A stretch of DNA of 64,000 nucleotides from Octopus sinensis (Eukaryota), in contig NC_043014.1 of the NCBI RefSeq assembly GCF_006345805.1, positions 62,001 through 126,000 of the forward strand, given 5' to 3'. Below, piece by piece: positions 27,291-39,036 of this stretch. Below the pieces are notes generated by a model. The model was given only the letters and a program-made list of their open reading frames with translations. It made no database searches and had not been told where the DNA came from. Every line of letters begins with the position of its first letter. Within the stretch, counting starts at the first letter, position 1. Made by a program: the position numbers and the translations under genes.

Positions 27291-27615
27291 CATACATGCA
27301 TACAGTAAATATCGGTGCTTCGTTGTGCCATTTATTTACTTTTATGCAAATTTTACCCTCACGGGCTATCCTTCACTGGAAAGCAATACTCTCGTATTGC
27401 ATTACTATTTTCATATATATATATATATATATGTATCACTCAGGCTTGGGAGGAAGGGATGGCCTCCCTTTGCAAATACTCCAAAGACACAGATATTGTG
27501 TTTAGAGCCAGCTAGAGACGAAGATCTCTTGGGGCTATAAAGCTACAGTAACAACCCCCTCCCCAATGTGGTTAGCCATGGTAAGATGGCTTCTATACTT
27601 TATATTATATATATA

Positions 27616-27827
27616 CTCTTTACTCTTTTATTTGTTTCAGTCATTTGACTGCGGTCATGCTGGAGCACCGCCTTTAGTCGAGCAACTCGAACCCGGGACT
27701 TATTCTTTGTAAGCCCAGTACTTATTCTATCGGTCTCTTTTGCCGAACCGCTAAGTAACGGGGACGTAAACACACCAGCATCGGTTGTCAAGCAATGCTA
27801 GGGGGACAAACACAGACACACAAACAT

Positions 27828-27859
<32 letters not shown>

Positions 27860-28024
27860 ATATATACGACGGGCTTCTTTCAGTTCCCGTCTACCAAATC
27901 CACTCACAAGGCATTGGTCGGCCCGGGGCTATAGCAGAAGACACTTACCCAAGATGCCACGCAGTGGGACTGAACCCGGAACCATGTGGTTGGTTAGCAA
28001 GCTACTTACCACACAGCCACTCCT
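27616..28024 (-). mobile_element. tRNA-derived SINE family B (CpG intact)
   Basis: Near-consensus copy, homologous to 16225-16630 and 59453-59849. Confidence 0.9.
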
Positions 28025-28910
28025 ATACGAAAGAAGGTTTGAAAATGCAATTTTAAAAGTTATTTATTAACTTTACCGGTTTCACTCTTTGGAAAAAGAT
28101 TGTCAAAAGTAGCATGTAAAAGTTTGGTTGCGTTAATTATTGGTTGTTACAAATTGCTACATTACAAGCCAATCCCCCAAATCATTGATGCTTGAAGGAG
28201 AGACAATAAGGATAAATTCTTTTCAGTTCCACATTACTCCTCCTTTCCCCCACCCAAACACACATGCAGTGTCCCTTGAAATAGATAATATTCTTTTACG
28301 TTAACATGGTGGACAGGTCAGTTTTAGCTTCCCTACTATTATAATGTAAACCTTTTTGAACTCATAATATTCTGTGCGTGTATACCAATATTCTACTGAA
28401 CTTTTTAATAATTCGTTCTGGAAATTATCTTGAGAATGTATAATATATTTGTTGTAATCTTTCGTGCCCAATATTTCAATGAACTTGTTAAACTTTTTTA
28501 TGTTCTTAACATGCTCTTGTCACCAAAGAATGTATATATATGTATTGTAGTACTCTGTGTCAACCAATATTCTGTGCGTGTTTGAATATACAGATACAAT
28601 ACCAATACCAATATCCCACTGAACTTTTTAATAATTCCTTCTGGAAACTATCTTAAACATGTTCTTGAGAATGATTATTTATGTTGTAATCTTTTGTGCC
28701 CAATATTTTAAGGAACTTGTTAAACTTTTTTATGTCCTTAACATGTCCTTGTTACCAAAGACTGTATATATGCAATGTAGCAATTTGTAACAACCAATAA
28801 TTAACGCAACCAAACTTCTACATGTTACTTTTGACAATCTTTTTCCAAAGAGTGAAACCGGTAAAGTAAATAAACATCTTTTAAAATTGCATTTTCAAAC
28901 CTTTCGTATA
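28024..28910. mobile_element. foldback element with ~140-bp terminal inverted repeats and an internal ~180-bp direct duplication (Penelope-like pLTR derivative or MITE)
   Basis: 28024-28163 is the reverse complement of 28774-28910 with few mismatches. Internal repeat aatattctgtgcgtg...ccaaag occurs at ~28368 and ~28566. Confidence 0.85.
28825..28869 (+). ncRNA. candidate minimal type-I hammerhead ribozyme (U3-A8 variant core)
   Basis: Helix I ttactt/aagtaa; core TTGACAA; helix II tcttt-ttcc-aaaga plus an extra GT; GAAA; palindromic ACCGGT; GTA cleavage triplet. A mirror copy lies on the minus strand at ~28068-28112. Confidence 0.4.
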
Positions 28911-28949
28911 TAATTCCACACTCGTGCGGTACCCTACAACTCCACTTTG

Positions 28950-28992
<43 letters not shown>

Positions 28993-29094
28993 ATATATAT
29001 ATGCAGTTATCCTATTTAAGTTTATCTGTCGTCAAAAATTGAACCCATCTCATCCACATTATTGCAAACCGAATGAAAGAAGTATATTCTTTGT

Positions 29095-29520
29095 TTATAA
29101 ATTACATGCAGTTATATAATTACCCACCGAGCAAAAACCTTTATTATGCTAAGTTCATGGTGCAGAATATTCTCAACTGTTTCATGGGATATGCTAAAAG
29201 CATTGATCGCTTGTCTTGCATCACTCAATCGCTTGTCTTGCATCACTATGTAGTGAACAAGATCAATGTTTTCCTCGGTGGTGGCAGTTGCAGGATGTCC
29301 AGACATCTTCAAGACTTTCTATTCTCCTCAGAAGTTCAACTGTCTACTTTTACCTTGATAAAGCTGAAGACACTTCTCCTCCTACTGCAGCAAGCATGTC
29401 AGCATGAATGTAGCTGAGGTCTAAACTCTTTTACTGCAGGTACTTGATAATACTGCGATGCCAAATTTTGTTCATTTTCAAGAGAATTCGCTACTAGCTA
29501 TTTTTTTAAGTCTTCTTTGA
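29095..29520 (-). mobile_element. mariner transposase N-terminal fragment (HTH region)
   Basis: MNKIWHRSIIKYL..IHADMLAAVG..ESLEDV..SGHPATATTEENIDLVHYIVMQDKRLS..ISHETVENILHHELSIIKVFARWV. Confidence 0.85.
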
Positions 29521-29834
29521 ACAGGTAGATGTCAGTTTACCTGGAAAGAAACAATGCAGTTATCAATAAAAAGGGTTGAAATTAATGCATGCAAGATTTC
29601 ACAGCTTAAGCATCACTCCATAGTCATCCTATGAACTATTCAGCCTACCCTCATACTGGGAGAGTGTGAACTCGAGTCGGGCATCGATATTTATGTAGTT
29701 ATATTCTAATACAATCTGTGTGTGTATTCAGAAATGTATTCATTATCTTTTAACAGAAAGGCAAGTCATCCCCACGCCATCTCAAGAACAAATAATAGTT
29801 ACTACTATTACTACTACTACTACTGCTGCTGCTG

Positions 29835-29886
<52 letters not shown>

Positions 29887-30406
29887 TACTACTAAGAGCG
29901 GGAAATCTCTGGTCCCCCAACACATACACTGAAACACCTCTTCCTTCCCTCTCTATCAAGGTGAAGGTTGAATACTTAAGGTCAATGTCGTCGTTTCATA
30001 TTTCTGAAACCCTTACCCTGCTAATGATATATTTTGAATTTAATAACAGTGTTTCTGTCATTCAGTAATTAATTAACAGTTTTTATAGACGTCATTTAGT
30101 ACATCAACCTTGAACTCAATTACATGAACATGTTTCTTGTTGACAAACGAGCACATGCGAGCACACAAACACACACGCACACCGAGCACACACACACGCA
30201 CGCACACACACACACACACACATCACTCATAGAGACACGTACACGCACACATGTCATTTTCTTTCTTTCTTTCTTCCTCTCTCTCTCTCTATCTATCTAT
30301 CTTTTTCTTGTCTCTTTCACTCATTGCTTCGCTTTTCCCGCCTGTAGCTTTTCCCTTTCTCACTCCCCCTATACCTACCTCACTCTCTCCATTTCCCCGT
30401 TTCTCT

Positions 30407-30462
<56 letters not shown>

Positions 30463-30704
30463 CTTTTATCTTCTATTTTATGTCGTATCCTTTCTGATAC
30501 TCTCTCATCCATTTACTTCATCCGACTTCGTTCTTTTTCTTCTCTCTTTCTCCCTTGTTTTCTTCTTCTCTCCCTCTTCCTCCTCTTTCCTCTTTCTTTC
30601 TTTTTCTCTCTCCTCTCATTCTCTTTTCCCACCCATCCCCTCTCTTTCTTTTGTCTTATCTTTTTCCTTTCCTCCCCCTCTCGCCCTTTCTGTCTATCTA
30701 CACT

Positions 30705-30714
30705 GTGACGTCAC
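30705..30714. promoter_or_regulatory. perfect CRE/ATF palindrome (gTGACGTCAc) ~1.3 kb upstream of the C2CD2L-like ATG
   Basis: Sequence match only; lies in a CpG-retaining region. Confidence 0.3.
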
Positions 30715-31038
30715 TGACAAACTGTCGTCTGCAACAAAATGACAGAAATGGAGAAATGCTTCAGCAGTAGAAACAAGTTATTTGCGTAGAAAGTCACACA
30801 ACAAAATGTCGCTACAAAATATATCAATAAAATATGATATTACTTTCCGATGCAGTGTCTTTTAAAGAAAAAAACCAACGTAAACCATATTCATTAGCTC
30901 AAAAATATATAAGTATGATTAGTAATATATGAATATATTTCGTATGCGTGTGTGTGTGTGTATGTGTATGTATATAAGCATACACATATTCACACACACA
31001 CACGCATACATACATACATACATATATACATACATGCA

Positions 31039-31039
31039 A

Positions 31040-31104
<65 letters not shown>

Positions 31105-31105
31105 C

Positions 31106-31174
<69 letters not shown>

Positions 31175-31175
31175 T
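31039..31175. repeat. (GATA)n tetranucleotide repeat
   Basis: More than 30 near-perfect GATA units. Confidence 0.95.
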
Positions 31176-31397
31176 ACAACCGGCTTCTTCACAGTTTCCG
31201 TCTATTACATTCAGTTAGAAGACATTGGTCCGTCTGGAGCTGAGGTAGAAGGCCCTTGACCATAATGCTGTGCAGTTGGACTGAACCTTAAACTACGTCC
31301 GTGCACGCAAGCACACACACACACAAACATGCATACATACATACATTCATACATACATACATACATACATACATTCATACATACATACATACATACA

Positions 31398-31428
<31 letters not shown>

Positions 31429-31749
31429 GTATTCATATATATATAGAGACAGACAGACAGACAGAGACAGAGAGAGAGAGAGAGAGAGCTGTGTGACATA
31501 TGACGTGACACGCTTTGCTGTTTTGTAGTAAAAGTGTCGGTGATGGCAGGTTTTTTCACAGCCACAGTTAGCGTTCATTGACAACTGCGGGTGAAAATAG
31601 ATAGAGTAATAGTTTGTGTGATAGAGAAGAAGTGAGAGAGAATAAGTATAAGAGAGTGAATAAGAGGGAGAGTGTATATGTGCAAGAGAGAGGGCGGTAA
31701 GTGAAAGATAGAAAGACATAAGCGAGAGGGGTGAAAGAGTGAGAGACAT

Positions 31750-33070
31750 AGAGGGTGAGTAAGAGAAAGGTAAAGAGTTATGGAGGGAGGAGTTGGCCGA
31801 AGAAAGCAGCAGGCAGAAAGCAGCGCTTGGCAGGGGGATGTGTTCTTGGAATGGTGAACATCTAAATCTGGTGGCAAGCTCTCTGTATGGGTGTTAAGGG
31901 CGGAATTATCTTTACCGAAACGAGTATCAGCTTACCTGAAATGCCCGACTATTGGTTAACTGATGGCAGATATAACAATCCGTTTGATACTTTACCGAGT
32001 CGGGGAGACATACTCCAAAATGGCGGAGGCAGCAGGTTCCATGTACGCCAATCTGACTTGGCAGAATTATTTGCTCGATATTTTATTACTGGCTTGGTTA
32101 GGATGGGCTGTCACAATAATTCTGCTGGTCAATGCATTTTTCCACTTCCACGGGCCCTTGAAAATCCCTGCCAACGACCCGTGGGCCGAAACGAGCGGCT
32201 TCATTCGGTGTTCGGGCAGCGGTGAGGCCCCCGACTACAGAACTAACTTTAATACAGCTTCTCCGTCGGGACTCACCGAGAAATGCTTCTGGCTGAATGC
32301 TTTGTTAGATTGGTTTTACAATCGAGTGGATTCCTGCCCAATTATTGTGGACACTTGGATATTGTCACTAAACGAACAAGCGAGAAAATTAGGGGTGAGT
32401 AAACAACAAAACAAACCCTTTTTTTTACTTTCGTTTTATTATTATTATTATTGTTGCTTTTTGTTTGAAGAGTTTAAATCTTCGTTGAAAACAATTTCCC
32501 TTTTCATCCTTCCTGGATTCATATAGAACCAAATACCGATTAAGCTCTTGGGTATCGATCTGCCCTTTACCGATCGATATTTCCACTGTCGCCAGTTTGC
32601 GGACAGACTTCACTGGAAATCGTTCTCACACTTTTTTCTCTCTTTAATAATCTCAAGTACGAAGAAATAATCAACGCCACTACTTCACAATGCATCTGTC
32701 GGCTTCAAACCCTGCAAACAATGGATTGTTTATATATTTCTTTCTCTTTCCTTTTACACTTTCTGGGTCGCAGAACCGGTTTCAGTCGTGGTTTCCCCCC
32801 CCCCTTTTTTTTCCACTTTGAAACCAATTCATTCACGCTTCTAATAACATCCCACAGTAAAGGCATGAACATCACAACGCATTCCCTTCGCTCTGTTAAA
32901 GCGGGGCCAAGTTTTAGTCGTTTATTTCCCGGTATTTCTCTGCAACTGTCAACAGATGGTTCCCGCCCAGAGACGTCGGTTTCATTTACAAGTGAAAACA
33001 ATTTCTTTCCTTCCTTGTCCGGCACCGATTTCCTTTATCCTCCCAAAGCTCGAAAAATATAAATAAAAAC
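31750..33070 (+). promoter_or_regulatory. CpG-retaining promoter / first-exon region
   Basis: Non-repetitive, visibly CpG-rich sequence around the coding exon, unlike the CpG-poor intron downstream. Confidence 0.55.
32020..32394 (+). CDS. C2CD2L: coding exon 1 of a C2CD2/C2CD2L (TMEM24)-like ER membrane SMP-domain phospholipid-transfer protein
   Basis: Start context caaaATGG; TM segment LLDILLLAWLGWAVTIILLVNAFF; SMP entry EKCFWLNALLDWFY; WILSLNEQARKLG resembles my recollection of human WVRALNEQACRNG and WVTALNEEAERKG. Phase-0 donor GGG|GTGAGT at 32394/32395. An in-frame upstream ATG lies at 31963. Confidence 0.75.
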
Positions 33071-33162
33071 ACTTTACTAGTAAAAGTGTGCATTGTGTTG
33101 CAGGACCATCAGAGTTTCTAATTCTTATGAATGCTTTACACAAATACTCTGTGTGTGTGTGT

Positions 33163-33205
<43 letters not shown>

Positions 33206-34415
33206 TGTGTGTGTGTGTGTGCTACGTATGGATGGATGGATGTGGAAGAAAGGCAAAGAAAGGGCATGGCACATATAAAGGTGGATATGTTTCTTCGATA
33301 TCCACCCCCATCAAATGCTTCCTTTATTTATTTGTTTTGGAGAAAAGGGCACATTCAGATACATATGCACATATGCACTTGTATGTAGTTAATCTATTGT
33401 GTGTGTGTATGTGTGTATGAGCTTCCTGTAAGTGTAGTTTGATTGTAATAAGTTTTAAAACATGTAGAAGTTATTTCAGGTGAGAAGATTTCAACTCTAA
33501 ACTAAACCTTGTGGTGTGACAATGGTCAGAAAACTTATGAAAAGTTCACACTGGACGGCTGTGGACTGAATCTTCTTCACTTGCTGATTTTACTTCCAAA
33601 TGATTATAATGATAAATTTTAATCTCTAACTAATAAGTATTGGGGTGGGGTCTAATTTCCTCTACCCACCCATTGCATACGCTTTTACTGGTCTTATGTT
33701 AAATTAAGAAAGCAATCTATAAAACCTATTATGGACAACTTATGGCCTGTGGGGCATATGTAGTCAATGGCACACCTAAGGAATAATAACCTTTGTTATG
33801 TTTAGCAATGTGACCCATCTGATGATGAGCCATGTCTCACACGGCCCACTTCTCAAAAAAGGTTGCCCATGTTCTTGACTTGAAAGAAATAGCAACAAAA
33901 TCTCCCTCAAATCACACCCTATTACCTTACCAAATTAAGACAATATAGATAATAATTTAGTAAGATATAAAAAGACAAGATTGTCATGGGTGGATACTTT
34001 TAATGGTCAATGCATGGGATCAGGACTGATCTAAGAATAAACTGCAACTAGCTTTATTTTTCCTCAAACTTTATAATATATCTGTGAACTAGGCAATGAT
34101 AATATTTGATTTTTTTTTATTTCATAAAATTTACTGAAAACTTTTCTTCGCTTTATTTTCAAAATTAATTAATTGAATTCTCAAATTTTCTTTTAATTTC
34201 ATTCCTTCTGTTCTATTTCGAAGAAAATTTCTGATAAAAAATTTTTAAAATGAGGACCATCAATGTTGGTGTTAATATATACACACAGGTTGATGATGGA
34301 AGCTAGTTATGGTAGAAGCAAATTAAGGAAGATTTAGGCAGAAATAGCTATATAGTGGCTATTTTCCACCTTGTAAATGAAATGATGCTTTTCAGAATTT
34401 TAATATATATTAGTG

Positions 34416-34488
<73 letters not shown>

Positions 34489-34565
34489 GTATGTATATAT
34501 ACATATATATATATGTATGTATATATACATATATATATATGTATGTATATATACATATATATTAC

Positions 34566-34596
<31 letters not shown>

Positions 34597-35244
34597 TATA
34601 CAAAGCTTGGTATGTGGTAAATTACAAAGAAAATGAGAGAAAGGATGAGATGAAGCTTTATAAAGAGGTGACATCATCACCTCTGTAGTGTTGGTTCCTT
34701 TGAAGAATTTCTATTTAAGGATAAAATCTTAGTTTATGATAATTTGGCAAGCTGTTGTTTTACTGAAAAGGGAAAAAGTAAGGATGTGATTTATCATTGA
34801 ATGTATTGCTGATAAAGTAGTTTATCACCAGAGAGGATGTGTGTGTGTAAATGATATTGTTTATCATTGAATCTTGGATAAAAACTTAAGGAAAGATACT
34901 TTCAATGAATGTTTGAGCTCACACACACACACATGCATACACCAAGTAACTGAAAGATTAGACAAAGGCAATTCAGAGGAATTCAGTGTAGAGTGTACAA
35001 GAATTATACATACTGCTTTCACAAAAAGCAAGCAGCTTGTTTCAGTTATAGAATAAAAAAAAAAGAACATGGTTTGATAGAGCTATGCCAAATATTGGAA
35101 AGTTGATTTTGGACTTTGGAAAGATGCTGAGCCTCACTGAGGAAATGACAAGGGACTGGCAATTGTGATGATTTGCTGTACTTGAGAAGACATGTAAAGT
35201 TATGTAAAATTGCTTTCATCCTTACTTAAAGGCTTGTACTTTAC

Positions 35245-35470
35245 AGGTACCAGTGCCACATAAAATGTACTTGTGCTGTGTAAATGCACCTGTGACAGTG
35301 GCATGTAAAAAGCACCCAGCACACCCTGTAAAGTGGTTGGTGTTACGAAGAGCATCCAGCCATAGAAACTGTACCACAACTGACAATTGGAGTCTGGACA
35401 GTTCCTGTCAAACTGTCCAGCCCAGGACAGCATGGGAACAGACATTAAATGATGATGATGATGATGATGA
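35245..35470 (+). mobile_element. RTE-tail SINE/LINE 3' end
   Basis: aaaaagcacccagcacaccctgtaaagtggttgg..gcatccagcc..gacattaaatgatgatgatg. Related ends occur at ~14680, 15420-15570, 21050, 43050, 56170, 57175 and 63930-64000. Confidence 0.7.
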
Positions 35471-36185
35471 TTCGGTCATCAGCATGCCCTCTTCCTAAAT
35501 TTTCAGCCTTTTATCATTGTCATTATTGTTTTTGCAATATTTCGTTTTCCCTTTTTAAATCTTTTTATCTTCTTCTTCCCACCACAAACTCTTTCAGTTT
35601 CACTTAGTATATTTCTCTCTTTTTCTCTCTCTTCTTCACTTCTATACCTCTTGAAGGTACATTATACATATGTGTGAGTGTATATACGTGTGTATGAATG
35701 TATACTTGTATGAGTGTATGTATATATATATATATATATATGTATCAAATGAAATAAAACAGAACACAAAGGATGTGCTCTGTTTTATTTCACTTGATAC
35801 ATTGATGTCCTCTCACCTCTGCCACTAGCTGGCATTTACAGGTGCTTACATTTATCAAGTATTCACCCTGAATTTATGATATATATATATATATATAAAT
35901 ATACACATGTATATAAACGTGTGAGGTTATATGCGTGTAAGCATTTGAGTGTATATACATGTGAGAGTATATTTATGTGTACATATATACATGTATGTAT
36001 ACATATACATGTGTGAGGGTATATGTGTGTATGTGCATGTATGTATATATGTCTGTTTATATATGTATCCTCTCTTGTGTCCATTCTGTGGACTTGTCTG
36101 TAAATCGTTTGTGGGATTAGTCTCATAAGAAAAATTTTTTTTAAATTAGACTGTTGGACTCTTATATGATGTACATATGTATGTA

Positions 36186-37052
36186 CAAGGTAGTATCAAG
36201 AAGTTCCTGGACTAGTCTGTTGTGTGCCAACAGATGGCCATAGATGGTTGCTTGCACCGTCAGAGCTAGCAGTGACCTTCCTGAAGTAGTGTGCCAAGTG
36301 ACATTGCAGTGTTTACTTCGCAAGTTATGAAATTTGTGACTTTGCAATCACATGTATGCTGTAGTCAGTGATTTTGCCATGGACAACAAGGAGCCAGCAT
36401 GAAATTTTGCATTAAACTTGGTGCATTTGCTACAGAGGCATCGAGCATGCTTCAGCAAGCTTACAGCAATGAGGTAATGGGTCATGCACAATGTTTTGAG
36501 TGGCACAAGCTCTTTGGAAGTAGAAGAATGTCCCAGGAAGACAATGAGCAATCTGGAAGACCAGCCACAAGCATCACCCTTGGAAATGTGGTGTTGTGCA
36601 TTGAGTCCCCCAGGACCAGACCATCAATTGAGAGCTCTACCACAAGCATCTGAGGGAGGACATTCAGTGAAAGCGACTGGATCTGTAGAGTGTGAAGAAC
36701 TGGATTCTTCCCCAAGCTCTTCTCACTCGTGACTTTCTCATCAAAAACAAAATAGTATCCCTTCCACACCTAGATCTGTCCTGTTCGCTAGATTCAGCAC
36801 CTGTGAACTTCCATCTCTTCCTTGAGTTGAAAATGCAGCTCAAAGGTCTCTGTTTAAACACTGTTGTCAAGATGCAGAGCAAATTGCAGAAGATACTTGA
36901 CTCACTTACAGATTACAAATGTGACAGGAATGGTGGGGGTCGGTGCATTAATGCAAAAAGGTGATTATTTTGAAGATGATGTTAAAACTCAGGTAAAATA
37001 AGTTATTTTTTATTAAACATAACTAGTCCAAAAACCTTTTGGTGCCACCTTG
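36186..37052 (+). mobile_element. internally deleted mariner with both TIRs and TA target duplications
   Basis: TA|caaggtagtatcaagaagttcctggactagt ... actagtccaaaaaccttttggtgccaccttg|TA. Coding remnants MKFCIKLG..ATEASSMLQQAYSNE..FEWHK..SGRP and ..FLIKNKIVSLPH..SAPVNFHLFLELKMQLKG. Confidence 0.9.
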
Positions 37053-37550
37053 TATGTATGTATACATGTACGTATATGTGTGTGAGTGTGTTGTGTGTGC
37101 GCAATCTGTATGTATATATGTATATATATTTATGTGTGTATTTGTGTGTATATATGCATGTATGTATATTTATATGTGGTGTGTGTATGAATATATGTAT
37201 GTATTTACATATATGTATGCATATATATGTATGAAGTATGATATAAAGAAAATGGAGAGTTTGAGTACAACAAAATGAATTTATTCACATAATTGTCAAT
37301 CATGCAATGCCTACGATCGTTTCAATATCTACCTTCATTCATTTTGCAATTATCAGTTGCATATATATATATATGTATATATATATAGGTGCTAGCATGA
37401 CTGTGTGGTAAGAAGCTTGCTTCCCAACCATATGGTTCCAGGTTCACTTCCACTGCAAGGCACCTTGGACAAGTGACTTCTACTATAGCATCGCGCCAAT
37501 CAAAGCTTTGTGAGTGGATTTGGTAGACGGAACTGAAAGAATATATACTG

Positions 37551-37615
<65 letters not shown>

Positions 37616-38280
37616 TCACCTCTCATATCTCCTAACTTTCTATGGTATGTGTGTGTGTGTATATATATATATATATAGATATATATATATATAACGGGAG
37701 GCTTTATGAAAATAGACAAAAGACGAAGGCAGGTGGAATACAAACAAACAATTGTATTAGTATGGCGCTCAGGAATATAAATAAAACAAGTCTTTATATA
37801 TATATATATACACATGTACATATAAATTTGACATGGACAATTCTTTCTTGTATATTTTCTTATCTTGAGATTCACAGTCAAATGACTGGATGGAAGTGTG
37901 CAAAAAATTACACAGAAGCGTAGAATGATCTGGTGGTGTTGCTGGGCTTTGTATTTTTTCTATAGCTCCCATGGTTACCGAGATAATCTACTATAATAAT
38001 ACTCTTGTGTTTTTCTCTGTCACAACATATGAATGAGAAAGGAAGGAGTGATAGATGAATAAAGCAGGAAGGAGTGATGGCAAATTTTGTAGTGGGATGA
38101 TGGAAACTGTACAGTGAAAAAGATAAATCAAACAGCATTTCAACTCTGTGTGAGTTTATGCGTGTGTATGTAAAAGGGAGGTATGTGAATGTTTGTGTGT
38201 GTGTTTGTGTGTGTGCAATGGAAGTGGGATGGTGAACATTCAAAGCTGAAAAGAAAAATCAAACAGCATTTCAACTCTGT

Positions 38281-38534
38281 AGATTTGGTATTTACTTGCC
38301 AGCTCCTGTATTTAGTCACGGCCAGCTTTATGTGGCCTTAAGTCAGACAAGAAGGAAGAAAAGCTTGAAAATTCTTTCGAAGGAAACAAGTAGTCAAAGG
38401 ATGTTAGTTACTGATAGATTTTTCACAAGTTTGGTAGTAAAAGAATCATTAAACTAAAAACTTGGTTTTGTACCTTATTTATATATAAAATATTACAATT
38501 AGCTGTCATTTCTGATGGCTCGGGGCCCAGCTAG
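38281..38534 (+). mobile_element. Helitron 3' fragment (helicase motif VI and terminus)
   Basis: RFGIYLPAPVFSHGQLYVALSQ.. then hairpin gtcatttctgatggc and CTAG|T at 38531-38535. Confidence 0.85.
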
Positions 38535-38552
38535 TATATGTATATGTGTGTG

Positions 38553-38594
<42 letters not shown>

Positions 38595-38998
38595 TATATA
38601 TACCAAAATGTATGTATGGCCAAGTGGTTAGGCAGCTCTTGGGCTCATGAATGAAAGATTGCTGAATGTTTTTCTTGCTAATCATCATCATTGTTCGACT
38701 GAACTCGGAACCATGTGGTTGGTGAGCAAGCTACTTACCACACAGCCACTCCTGTCCATCAATTGTTTCCTATTTATTTCTAATTCGCCTATCTCAGAAC
38801 ATGTCCCTTGCATATTCCAAAGTATATTATGGACTGTGTATATTTAATAAAATGCACATGTCGGAATAGCTCAAAAGTGGATTAAATATTCAGTTGAGTC
38901 CAATCTAACTGCATACATTACCCAAATATCATTCTTCCAGAACTGCTGTACCAAGGTCGGTAAAGTACCTTATTCCACTGAATCTTGTCTATATTATG

Positions 38999-39035
<37 letters not shown>

Positions 39036-39036
39036 A

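Noticed and set aside
32395-32526. C-terminal 43 aa of the 187-aa ORF
   Set aside because: It lies past a strong GTGAGT donor and is low-complexity intron read-through.
38126-38280. 24-bp direct repeat aatcaaacagcatttcaactctgt next to the Helitron fragment, considered as a target duplication
   Set aside because: Both copies are on the same side of the element and Helitrons make no target duplication; it is probably a local slippage.
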